A stretch of 44,219 bases of DNA. Source: Candidatus Micrarchaeota archaeon (lineage in GTDB: Archaea > Micrarchaeota > Micrarchaeia > Micrarchaeales > CABMGC01). The position numbers were made by a program, and so were the translations under genes. The notes below the pieces were generated by a model. The model had not been told where the DNA came from, did no database searches, and saw only the letters and a list, made by a program, of their open reading frames with translations. Positions within the stretch are counted from its first letter, which is position 1, and each line of letters starts with the position of its first letter. Of the stretch, positions 1 through 8,336 are shown piece after piece. Where the stretch lies: the NCBI GenBank assembly GCA_027449585.1, contig DAIDLJ010000005.1, forward strand, positions 1-44,219, read 5' to 3'.

Positions 1-175
1 GATATAATGGACCATAAAGAATACGATAAGAAATTTGGCTATAAGAAACTTTGACAGCTTCGTTTGCTGAATAGATGAATAATCCACGTGCAAATAATCT
101 TTATACCATAGAAAACCTGATGACTAAGGAATAAGCATTTGGCGTATTTTCAAACTATGTCTTATTTAGCTTCCA

Positions 176-421
176 TCAGGTTCTTAGCAGCTTATTCTCT
201 TTTGCCCTATTGAAGAGTATTTCGTAGAGCTCACCGGCCAATTTCTCTTTCCTGTAGCTGCTCCTTTCGCCTGCTGCTTTTGTGAGCCCTTCCAGTGCCT
301 TGCTAAATGCGCGTTCATCTGTCATGCACGCTTCGAGCCTTCTTGCAACCCATATATCGGCGTTACGTTCGTGCATCTCTTTGGCCTTTGCAATCAATTT
401 CATAATGCCACAAATAACCAT
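176..421 (-). CDS. hypothetical small, probably all-helical protein (81 aa; alternative ATG at 403)
   Basis: Open frame with an ATG start. Charged, helix-prone sequence with no recognisable motif. Lies in the compositionally atypical left edge. Confidence 0.35.
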   Translation of the reverse strand: MVICGIMKLIAKAKEMHERNADIWVARRLEACMTDERAFSKALEGLTKAAGERSSYRKEKLAGELYEILFNRAKENKLLRT

Positions 422-583
422 ACTAGATTAATACATATAAACAGCATCGATAACACAAAAATAGACCCAGGTCTGCGGCAGTGATGATTGCAAAGCATTA
501 TGGACTTGGGAAAGGCTGCTGATTACTTCCAACGACATGATAAGACATATATATCTGGCAAAAACTAGTATTTCTGTGGATTT

Positions 584-1216
584 ATGGCAGTCAAATCGCA
601 AAAACTGGTTGGACAATTGGAAAGATTATTGAGGGGACAGAAAACCAGCAGCATAAATGTTGCATTGGACATAGAAGGCACACTTGCAGATATAAGCACA
701 CCCTCACTGGCTAAGTACAATAAACTCCATGGAACCTCATGGAAAGTTGGCGATATTACTGACTGGGGATTTGAATCCATTAAAGCAGACGTACGAGAAA
801 TGATGGGACTGTTTACTGAAACATGGAAAATGGATTCTAATCAAATTAAAAGAACATGCGATGTGGAGCTTTTACATAATGTGGGAAAAATGTACAATCT
901 CGACGTAGTAACTAGCAGAATGGGAGTTGATATGGAGCTTAAAAGTTGGTTAAATAGCGTAGGGTTGGGCGAAGTTAGATTAGTGGTTAACGATCCAAAG
1001 AAAGAGAAAACAAACTTGCAGTATTCGGTTTACATTGATGATTCACCATTGCTTGCAAGGGAAGTGGCCAATAGCGAAGATAAATTAATACTATTAATAA
1101 AGCAGCGTTGGAATACGGATGTTAGAGGAATCAGCAACAGAGTAATTCCAGTAAATGGAGTTGACGATGCAGCTAATGCCTTACTATCAGTAGCGCGTTT
1201 GTTGGATGGCCGTTAA
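584..1216 (+). CDS. HAD-superfamily hydrolase, 5'(3')-deoxyribonucleotidase (NT5C)-like
   Basis: HAD motifs occur in the right order: motif I LDIEGTLAD (DxDxT with the second Asp replaced by Glu), motif II VVTSR, a Lys-rich KKEK segment, and motif IV YIDDSP. Codon third positions are A/T-rich and Arg is AGA/CGT, unlike the rest of the window. Confidence 0.6.
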   Translation: MAVKSQKLVGQLERLLRGQKTSSINVALDIEGTLADISTPSLAKYNKLHGTSWKVGDITDWGFESIKADVREMMGLFTETWKMDSNQIKRTCDVELLHNVGKMYNLDVVTSRMGVDMELKSWLNSVGLGEVRLVVNDPKKEKTNLQYSVYIDDSPLLAREVANSEDKLILLIKQRWNTDVRGISNRVIPVNGVDDAANALLSVARLLDGR

Positions 1217-1219
1217 TTT

Positions 1220-1879
1220 TTAGCGATAGTTATTCAGAAGCATTGCCAACTTCGCAGATCCGACGCTCTGCTTAAAGCCGTGCAGCAGGCCTTCCAGCCA
1301 TTGGTCTATGGGCACTGGCTTGCATGTTGGAAGGCCGGCTCTCTTCAATTGGTTGGCCCTTGGATTTGCTGGGTGGGATCCGGTGCGCGCGTGCGTTATC
1401 TCATCCTTAAGGCTCCAGAACATCATGCCTTCGATGGCATATCCTAGCCCCGGAGCGTTATGCGGCCATTCCTGCCAGGTGAGATCGAAAGAGCTTCGCG
1501 GGAAATAGAAGATGGTTGATGCAACGCTTCTCTTCTTGGTCTTATCAGTGCGTATGGCTATGTGCCCCAGTCGTGTGAGACTCCCTACGTTGCGCTGATA
1601 CGGCTCTGGAGGATATCCGCGATAATCGATGGCAATGTGCATAGAAGGCACCCATATCGCGGGAATTCTGCGCAAATCCACAAGTTCAGATAAGTTTGAC
1701 GTGCTCCACGGCTCTTTGAATGACACGGTCTGGGTGAAGTCTTTTTTGCGCCCTATGTATGAGGTGAAGTCCGTTTGATTATCCAGCTTGTCTAGCTCCC
1801 TGCGGTAGAGCCCGATGAACAGTCGTTCATCTTTATCCTTTGGCCTGCGAGCTGCGATTCTGGATTCAAAAGTGCGCAT
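1220..1879 (-). CDS. hypothetical protein (219 aa), no recognisable domain
   Basis: Long ORF with an ATG start. Arg codons are mostly CGC/CGA (13 of 20 by my count), whereas neighbouring genes use AGG/AGA. No motif identified by eye. Confidence 0.5.
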   Translation of the reverse strand: MRTFESRIAARRPKDKDERLFIGLYRRELDKLDNQTDFTSYIGRKKDFTQTVSFKEPWSTSNLSELVDLRRIPAIWVPSMHIAIDYRGYPPEPYQRNVGSLTRLGHIAIRTDKTKKRSVASTIFYFPRSSFDLTWQEWPHNAPGLGYAIEGMMFWSLKDEITHARTGSHPANPRANQLKRAGLPTCKPVPIDQWLEGLLHGFKQSVGSAKLAMLLNNYR

Positions 1880-1987
1880 TGGATCAGAAACGTGTGCGAT
1901 TTTCTGATATTAAAAGTTAAGCATTGGCAAGTGGCGCTCGGGCTAGAGCCTTTGATTATTAGATTATTTGATTAGGAGAAGTAGCCT

Positions 1988-2185
1988 TTACTCCTTGGCC
2001 GCACTCTTGAAGAGCTTCCTTGAAGGCATCTTTGACCAGTCGTCCTTGCAGATGACGAGCCTTATCACCTTTGAGACACGCCTTGAGCTCTTGACGCAGT
2101 TAACGCACACCTTGCGCTTGCAGTAGTTGCAAGTGTTGTACTTGTGTATGTCTTTGCCGCATCGTTCGCACATCACGTGAATCAC
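1988..2185 (-). CDS. small zinc-finger protein with three CxxC pairs (likely ATG start at 2173, 61 aa)
   Basis: MCERCGK..CNYCKRKVCVNC contains CxxC-x9-CxxC-x4-CxxC followed by a basic C-terminal tail. The ORF-track start is GTG, and an ATG lies 4 codons downstream. Divergent from the miaB-like gene. Confidence 0.5.
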   Translation of the reverse strand: MIHVMCERCGKDIHKYNTCNYCKRKVCVNCVKSSRRVSKVIRLVICKDDWSKMPSRKLFKSAAKE

Positions 2186-2247
2186 TCAAAAATTGCTATG
2201 ATAAGCACTACATATAAAGCATTAGGTATTTTAATAGTTGTGGTCAC

Positions 2248-3546
2248 ATGCCCAGCGCATTGATAGAGACGTACGGATGCACGCTCAACCATGCCGATAG
2301 CGAGATAATGGAGGGACTGCTAAAGGCGCAAGGCTTTAGCGTTGAGAATGGGAGGTTTGCACAGGCAGGTTCGCATGATTACATAATAATAAACACGTGC
2401 ACAGTGAAGACGCCGACAGAGCAGAGGATACTTGACAGGATAGCAAAGGCCTCGGGAAAAGGTGCAAGGCTCATAGTCACCGGGTGCATGGCCAGCGCGA
2501 ATGCAGACAGGATAAGAAGGGTTGCGCCAAATGCCAGCATAGTGACAACGAGCAACGTCCACAGGATAACCGACGCCATAGAGGGCATAGAGAAGACGGG
2601 GACCGTGGACTTTTCAGCATACTCTAGGGTCGACAAGCTATCTTATGCAACCGGAGCAGAAGGAGTGATAGCAAGGATACCCATAAGCGAGGGATGCCTT
2701 AGCAGCTGCAGCTTTTGCGAGACCAAGTTTGCGCGCGGCCCCCTAAACAGCTTCTCAGAGGAGCTCATACTAAAGGCGATTGAACTTAGCGTAAAGAGGG
2801 GATCGAAGGAGATAGAGCTGACTTCGCAGGACGTAGGGGCATACGGGCTTGACAGGAAGACGAACATTGGAAGGCTGCTTTCAGGCATCTCGAGTATTGA
2901 CGGGGATTTTAGAGTAAGGGTCGGAATGCTCAACCCTGAGCATCTGCGCAAGTACATCGATGAGCTCATATCCGGATACAGGGATGGAAGGATATACCGG
3001 TTCATACATCTTCCGCTGCAATCGGCAAGCAATAGGATACTTAAGGAGATGGACAGGCGATACACTATAGAGCAGTTCTGCGGCCATATTGAAGAATTAA
3101 GGTCGAAGATTCCAGGCATAAGCATCGAGACGGACATGATAGTAGGATATCCCGGGGAGAGCCAGGAGGAGTTCGAGGAGTCGATGGAGTTCATAAGAAG
3201 GTTCAGGCCGACCTTCACCAACGTCTCCAGGTTTGGCGCACGCCCGCATGCAAAAGCCTCGCAACTCAAGCAGCTTCCCGTGGACGTAATCAAGGAGAGG
3301 AGCTCGGGCATGTCAAGGCTTGCAAGATCTGTGCAAGGAGAGGACCTAAAGAAGCTTGTTGGCATAAGTGAGAGCGTACTTGTAACCGAGGAGAATGAGA
3401 GATCGCTAATCGCGCGCGATGATTCATACAGGATAATAGCGCTGGATAGGAAGTGCGGCGCAAAGATCGGGGAGAGGATCCTTGCAAAGACGCATGCAAA
3501 TACCTCTGTATGCCTTCTGGGCAGGATTGTCGGCGCAGGCAATTGA
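2248..3546 (+). CDS. radical-SAM methylthiotransferase, archaeal/eukaryotic MiaB-like (CDKAL1/MtaB type, tRNA ms2t6A)
   Basis: N-terminal MTTase domain (ETYGCTLNHADSE), radical-SAM cluster motif CLSSCSFC (CxxxCxxC), and a C-terminal TRAM-like segment. 432 aa. Confidence 0.88.
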   Translation: MPSALIETYGCTLNHADSEIMEGLLKAQGFSVENGRFAQAGSHDYIIINTCTVKTPTEQRILDRIAKASGKGARLIVTGCMASANADRIRRVAPNASIVTTSNVHRITDAIEGIEKTGTVDFSAYSRVDKLSYATGAEGVIARIPISEGCLSSCSFCETKFARGPLNSFSEELILKAIELSVKRGSKEIELTSQDVGAYGLDRKTNIGRLLSGISSIDGDFRVRVGMLNPEHLRKYIDELISGYRDGRIYRFIHLPLQSASNRILKEMDRRYTIEQFCGHIEELRSKIPGISIETDMIVGYPGESQEEFEESMEFIRRFRPTFTNVSRFGARPHAKASQLKQLPVDVIKERSSGMSRLARSVQGEDLKKLVGISESVLVTEENERSLIARDDSYRIIALDRKCGAKIGERILAKTHANTSVCLLGRIVGAGN

Positions 3547-3555
3547 GGCCGGGCG

Positions 3556-6096
3556 CTACCTGTTTGCTTCCATGAACGCTATGTTGGACTCTATCTCTTC
3601 CAATGTGTTTGCAAGCGCCTGCCTAAGGTCCTCCCTCATGTTCTCCTTCTTTGAGAAGAACGACTTCACGGCCTTTAGGTCCTCTCTTGTCCTCAAGACC
3701 GCAAGGTTGTCGACGTACCTGCTGAGCATGTGCGTGCCGCTAGCAAACCGCTTCATTAGGGCCTTCCAGTTGCGCTTGGTCCATCCGAGTACTAGGTCTT
3801 TTCCAACAGGATTTGAAGAGCCTATGGCCACTATGGCATAGGAATCCTGAAGGCGCACGTCCTTTGACATCGAGAAGTCGAATGCCTTGAGAAGCAGCTT
3901 TTTATCGCCAAACATTGCAAGAGAGTTGAGGAACCTTGACTTCTCTTCCGGCACCTTCTCGCTTATGTAGCGCTCCTTGAGCGTATCGAACGTCCTTGCA
4001 TCCCCGACCCAGGCATTGACGTAGAAGATTGAGGAGCGCAAATTGGCCTCGAGGGGCTTGCCGCCCAGATAGTCGTTGAAGAGGTCCTTTGCCTTGTCTA
4101 TCGTCGGCTCGTATCCTGCCCTTGCGGACCGTAGTATCGCGGCGGATCGCATTGCGGTATCGAAGGTGCTCTCAGACTCCTTCCTGCTCCATCCAAGGTC
4201 CTCGATGAGCTGGTTAGTGTACCTTATTATCAGCTCCTTTGAGATCAGGCCGTCCTCCCCATCGAGCATGTCGTTTATGAAGCCCAGGTGCCCCAGGACA
4301 TTTGAGCTCAGCGGATATTCGTTGGTCAGGCAGTACTTCTCAGCGAACTCCAGATAGCCGCTTGCCCTTGACCTTGCTGATCTTATCATGGCGTAAGCAT
4401 CGTTCTCTATCCCCCATGAATCAACAGGGTCGAGCTTCTGCTCCTTGACAAGGTATCCGAGCCTGTCCAGATCCTCCTTTTCGTAGAAGACCCTGTAAAG
4501 TCCGTTCTGTCCTGCGTTGAGCTTGAGCCATGCGCCGCCTTGCGCCAATATGCTTGCGGACTTCTTTCCAAGGAGCATGCTTCCCTCTGATCCGGAGAGC
4601 GAGTAGTTGATTGGTATGGGCCAGATCGTGCTGTCCTTTACATCCTTGAGCAGGAAGTATCTCTGCTGGGAGAGTTCAAATCCTGATCCGGACTTCCTCA
4701 CGCTCACCGACGGATATCCTGGCGTGTCCACCCAGAAGCTTGCGACATCATAGACATTGATCCTCTTCCTGTTTCGCCTCGCCTCCTCATCGATTGCCTG
4801 CCACAGGTCGAACTTTGTGGCGTTCGAGTATGCATGCTTGTTGAGGTAGTTTGTAAGCCCTTTGCGAAATATCTCCTCTCCGGAATAATCCTCTATCATG
4901 TTCAGCACTGTGCCTCCCTTGTCATAGCTTATCTCGTCGAATATCTGGTCGACCTCCCCTGAAGACCTTACTGGCACGCTTATAGGATGGGTCGACTTTA
5001 GCTGGTCTGCGCCGAATGCCGTGGCTATCACGTCCCTCTTGTACTCGGTCCTCATCTTCCATTCAGGGAAGACGGCGTCCATCGCCTTGTAGCTCATGAA
5101 CGTCGCAAAGCTCTCGTTGAGCCATAAGTCATTCCACCATTTCATTGTGACAAGGTCGCCGAACCACTGGTGCACAAGCTCGTGCGCTATGACCTCTGCC
5201 ACCCTTTGCTTTGTGGCTATGGAGCTCTCCTCTGATGAGAGAAGCGCGGTCTCCCTGAAGGTTATCGCGCCCCAGTTCTCCATTGCTCCGGCCGCAAAGT
5301 CAGGGATCCCTATGAAGTCAGCCTTAGGCAGTGGGTAATCGACGCCGAAGTATTCCTGGAAGAACTCGATGAACTTCTTTGCGTACTCCATCGGGAGCTT
5401 GCCCAGGTCCCTCTTTCCCGGCGTGGTTATCACACGCACGTCTATCTTGCCGACCTTGCCAGTTATGTAATCATAATTTCCAACGCCCAGGTAGAGGAGA
5501 TATGTTGACATGCGCGGAGTCTGCATGAACCTGACCAGCTTTGTCCCGCTCCCGCTCTTCTTTGTGGACAGAATTGGCATGTTGGATATGCAGTCGAGCT
5601 CCTTGTCGACCACGAATGAGAGGTCGAAGACCGCCTTGAATGCCGGCTCGTCAAAGCATGGGAATGCATTCCTTGCGTTGGCAGCCTCGAACTGCGATGA
5701 GAGTATGTAGCGCGTCTTTTCCCCCTGCTTGTAGCTGCTCCTATAGAATCCGTACATCTCCGCATTGTTTGTTCCGACAAAGCCGATCTTTATGGTGGCA
5801 TTTCCGCTCACGGCGTCCTTGAGCTTTAGTATTATCCTCTGCTTTGGCTTGTCCTCGCTCACTACCGCACTGTGCTCGTAGGTTCCCACCATGACCGAGG
5901 CGCGCCTTATCTCAAGCTCAGAGGCGTTGAGTGCTATCTCCCTGGTCTTCTTGGCTATCCGAACCTCTATCTCCTCCTCTCCGAGATACTTGAATGTCTT
6001 TAGGTTGGGCTTTAGGACAAGAACATATCTTGAAGGTATTACATTCTCCCCGAGGGTCTGGTATTTCAACGGTCTCTCTTTTTTTGCCATGTACAT
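3556..6096 (-). CDS. M1-family zinc aminopeptidase (tricorn-interacting factor F2/F3-like)
   Basis: GAMEN exopeptidase motif (AGAMENWGAITF), HEXXH-x18-E zinc site (HELVHQWFGDLV...WLNESFA), and an ERAP1-like C-terminal domain. 846 aa. Confidence 0.92.
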   Translation of the reverse strand: MYMAKKERPLKYQTLGENVIPSRYVLVLKPNLKTFKYLGEEEIEVRIAKKTREIALNASELEIRRASVMVGTYEHSAVVSEDKPKQRIILKLKDAVSGNATIKIGFVGTNNAEMYGFYRSSYKQGEKTRYILSSQFEAANARNAFPCFDEPAFKAVFDLSFVVDKELDCISNMPILSTKKSGSGTKLVRFMQTPRMSTYLLYLGVGNYDYITGKVGKIDVRVITTPGKRDLGKLPMEYAKKFIEFFQEYFGVDYPLPKADFIGIPDFAAGAMENWGAITFRETALLSSEESSIATKQRVAEVIAHELVHQWFGDLVTMKWWNDLWLNESFATFMSYKAMDAVFPEWKMRTEYKRDVIATAFGADQLKSTHPISVPVRSSGEVDQIFDEISYDKGGTVLNMIEDYSGEEIFRKGLTNYLNKHAYSNATKFDLWQAIDEEARRNRKRINVYDVASFWVDTPGYPSVSVRKSGSGFELSQQRYFLLKDVKDSTIWPIPINYSLSGSEGSMLLGKKSASILAQGGAWLKLNAGQNGLYRVFYEKEDLDRLGYLVKEQKLDPVDSWGIENDAYAMIRSARSRASGYLEFAEKYCLTNEYPLSSNVLGHLGFINDMLDGEDGLISKELIIRYTNQLIEDLGWSRKESESTFDTAMRSAAILRSARAGYEPTIDKAKDLFNDYLGGKPLEANLRSSIFYVNAWVGDARTFDTLKERYISEKVPEEKSRFLNSLAMFGDKKLLLKAFDFSMSKDVRLQDSYAIVAIGSSNPVGKDLVLGWTKRNWKALMKRFASGTHMLSRYVDNLAVLRTREDLKAVKSFFSKKENMREDLRQALANTLEEIESNIAFMEANR

Positions 6097-6567
6097 TCAC
6101 TTTCCTTCGTGTTTTTTAATCGCCATTATTATCTGGTCCGCATGGCCCATGGGGTTCACCTTCTCGAATATCTCCTTTATCTTTCCGTCCTTGCCTATCA
6201 GGAAGGTATTTCGCAGTGTTCCCAGGCCGAATATCCCCCTGCTTCCGTATGAATCGTACTCTTTTATAGTGGAACTTGACGTGTCGGAGAGCAAAAGGAC
6301 CTTTAGATCGTGTTTTGAGCAGAATTTTTGGTGCGACGCTATGTCGTCGCTGCTTACGCCGACCACCTCGGCTCCCAGCTTTCTTATCTGGGCTATCTTT
6401 GATGAGAATCCCTTGGCCTCAAGGGTGCATCCGGGAGTGTCGTCCCTTGGATAGAAATACAGCACAAGATACCCGCCACTGAATTCCTTTAGGTTATGCT
6501 TCTTGCCGTCTGATCCGTCAAGGGCAAAATCGGGAGCCTTAGAATTAAGAGTCAACAACACCAACAC
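6097..6567 (-). CDS. bcp: thiol peroxidase / peroxiredoxin, Bcp type
   Basis: AhpC/TSA fold with the peroxidatic Cys in DDTPGCTLEAKGF. 156 aa. Its stop codon directly abuts the aminopeptidase start codon with no spacer. Confidence 0.88.
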   Translation of the reverse strand: MLVLLTLNSKAPDFALDGSDGKKHNLKEFSGGYLVLYFYPRDDTPGCTLEAKGFSSKIAQIRKLGAEVVGVSSDDIASHQKFCSKHDLKVLLLSDTSSSTIKEYDSYGSRGIFGLGTLRNTFLIGKDGKIKEIFEKVNPMGHADQIIMAIKKHEGK

Positions 6568-6639
6568 CTATAACTTTATCAGCAACAAAATTAAAAAGCT
6601 TATAACCCATATAGTTCTGCTAAACCTTGAGATGATTCC

Positions 6640-7431
6640 TTGGCCTCGTTTATCGACAGAATAATGGACATGTTCGTCAAGAAGAGCGGAATTGACGAAG
6701 TGCCTGCGGAGCATGTGGAGCAGGCAGAGGCACGTTCGGAGCCGCAGGTAGACGGGAAGGCGGCTGATGAGCAAGCGCCGCAGCAGGCTGCACAGAAGAA
6801 GATTACGATAACCGGGATAAACCTCCGGTTCATGGGAGGTTCGCATCAGATAAAGGGGATGGAGGTCGGAGCGGACACGTTCGAGATAAGGATACCGTTC
6901 AACAACAGGATAGGTAGCGAGAATCTTCCGGACAATCTCAAGGGACCAAAGATAGTGCTCAGCAGGATGACTGTCGATCCGCCATTTAGGATCATCAGCA
7001 TAAGTCCCACGCTGCCCGCGGAAGTCGAGTACCTTGGGAAAGTGGTCTTCACCCTGAAGATGGCCGCGCCGGACATGAACTGGGAAGGACCGATGAACGT
7101 TAGCCTTACCAGCGAGCCATCGAACAACATAACGATAAGCATAAAGAAGGTGACGCTGCACCACGGCGACAAAACTGTGGAGCTTGAGGACTCTGGAGTC
7201 ACAAGCTCGATGCAGAAATCGCAGACCTTCAAGCAGAACCTGCAGCTCTACAAGATAATATCATTCGGGGATGAGGTGAGCAAGATAGAGGTAAATGAGC
7301 CGTTCTTGGTTGCAAGCACGGAGCCCGCTCTCCCCATAAAGGCGGACAGGAAGGACAGCTACATAATAAGCCTCTACCTCAAGTGCCCGGAGTTTAGCTA
7401 CGCGGGGGACCTTGATATAAAATTGTCATAG
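6640..7431 (+). CDS. hypothetical protein: possible amphipathic N-terminus, acidic/Gln-Ala linker, two beta-rich segments
   Basis: 263-aa ORF from TTG 6640; alternative ATGs lie at 6664 and 6670. No TM segment or signal peptide. Stops 8 nt before the next gene on the same strand. Preferred over the overlapping minus-strand ORF 6568..7164. Confidence 0.55.
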   Translation: MASFIDRIMDMFVKKSGIDEVPAEHVEQAEARSEPQVDGKAADEQAPQQAAQKKITITGINLRFMGGSHQIKGMEVGADTFEIRIPFNNRIGSENLPDNLKGPKIVLSRMTVDPPFRIISISPTLPAEVEYLGKVVFTLKMAAPDMNWEGPMNVSLTSEPSNNITISIKKVTLHHGDKTVELEDSGVTSSMQKSQTFKQNLQLYKIISFGDEVSKIEVNEPFLVASTEPALPIKADRKDSYIISLYLKCPEFSYAGDLDIKLS

Positions 7432-7439
7432 ATGTTTCG

Positions 7440-8336
7440 ATGAACTACCTAGTCTCAGTGCCGGTAAACGAGAACGTCGCATCGTTCATAGGCAAGAAGG
7501 GATCCGACGAGGGAATAACCTTCTTCAACAGGAAGATGGACGCAGACGTCATAGTCGCGATAATGCCATACACCAGGGAGGAGAGGCTCTACCAGAGCCT
7601 TGCAGAGACCATGCTCATATCCGGCCAGATAGTGATAAGCACCGAGACCGTGGACAAGTTCCTAGGCGAGATAATAGTCGCTGCGTCCCTGCTTGAAAAG
7701 CGCTCGATAGTTCTCAACGAGAACGACGTTAGCAGGATGGTGAACGGGCTTCTTAAGGATTACGAGGTGTGCGGCAGGGAGGAGCTGCTTGAAAAAATAG
7801 TCGCGCACAAGGAGCAGCATGATGGGGACCTTCGCATAGACGTGGACAAGGCCTTCCCTGTCAAGGGGATAGGCACGGTCGCCCTTGGAGTAGTCACCAG
7901 GGGGAAGGTGAAGGTCCATGACAATCTTTACCACAGCTCCGGAAAGCAGGTCATGATAAAATCGATACAGAGCCAGGACGTCGACGTGCAGGAGGCCGGA
8001 TACGGCACGAGAGTCGGCCTGGCAGTTAAGGGAATAGAGTATGAGGAGATAGACAAGGGAGACCTTCTGACGTCAAAGCAGTTCCAGAAGGCAAAGGGGA
8101 TGACTGCGACACTCAAGACAAGCTCTTTTGCCAATGAGAAGGTTGAGGCTGGAAAGAGATACATGCTCGTCTCCAACTTCTCGCACGTTATTGCGAAGGT
8201 TGACGAGGTGGACGGTCAGAACGCCAAGATTAGTTTCGAGAAACCCATAGCCATACTGCAGGGAGACTCATTCATGCTGATAAGGGACCAGAGCCCCAGG
8301 ATATTCGCATCCGGCAAGGCATCGACGATTTCCTAG
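7440..8336 (+). CDS. EF-Tu/SelB-like protein with a degenerate G domain (predicted pseudo-GTPase) plus EF-Tu domain II/III
   Basis: Domain II signature DLRIDVDKAFPVKGIGTVALGVVTRGKVKVHD...GTRVGLAVKGI...KGDLL. In the N-terminal ~125 aa, the P-loop GxxxxGK[ST] is ASFIGKKGS, there is no DxxG, and NKxD is NEND. Confidence 0.7.
   Translation: MNYLVSVPVNENVASFIGKKGSDEGITFFNRKMDADVIVAIMPYTREERLYQSLAETMLISGQIVISTETVDKFLGEIIVAASLLEKRSIVLNENDVSRMVNGLLKDYEVCGREELLEKIVAHKEQHDGDLRIDVDKAFPVKGIGTVALGVVTRGKVKVHDNLYHSSGKQVMIKSIQSQDVDVQEAGYGTRVGLAVKGIEYEEIDKGDLLTSKQFQKAKGMTATLKTSSFANEKVEAGKRYMLVSNFSHVIAKVDEVDGQNAKISFEKPIAILQGDSFMLIRDQSPRIFASGKASTIS

Noticed and set aside
2643-3542. Long antisense ORFs inside well-supported genes. 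Examples: 2643..3542 opposite the miaB-like gene, 9982..10551 opposite tyrA, 15987..16514 opposite rpe, 25726..26163 and 26269..27309 opposite the ftsZ genes, 34250..34708 opposite sufB, and 37357..37974 and 38851..39261 opposite the ATPase.
   Set aside because: Their translations are Ser/Leu/Pro/Arg-rich, low in complexity and carry no motifs. The opposite frame in each case carries complete family signatures. Shadow ORFs like these are expected from the strong codon bias.
6568-7164. 198-aa minus-strand ORF overlapping the 5' half of the 263-aa plus-strand ORF.
   Set aside because: The translation is Arg/Leu/His/Tyr-rich, with no motifs and atypical codon usage. The plus-strand frame continues for 263 codons and is coupled to the downstream gene. 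The choice is still not proven.
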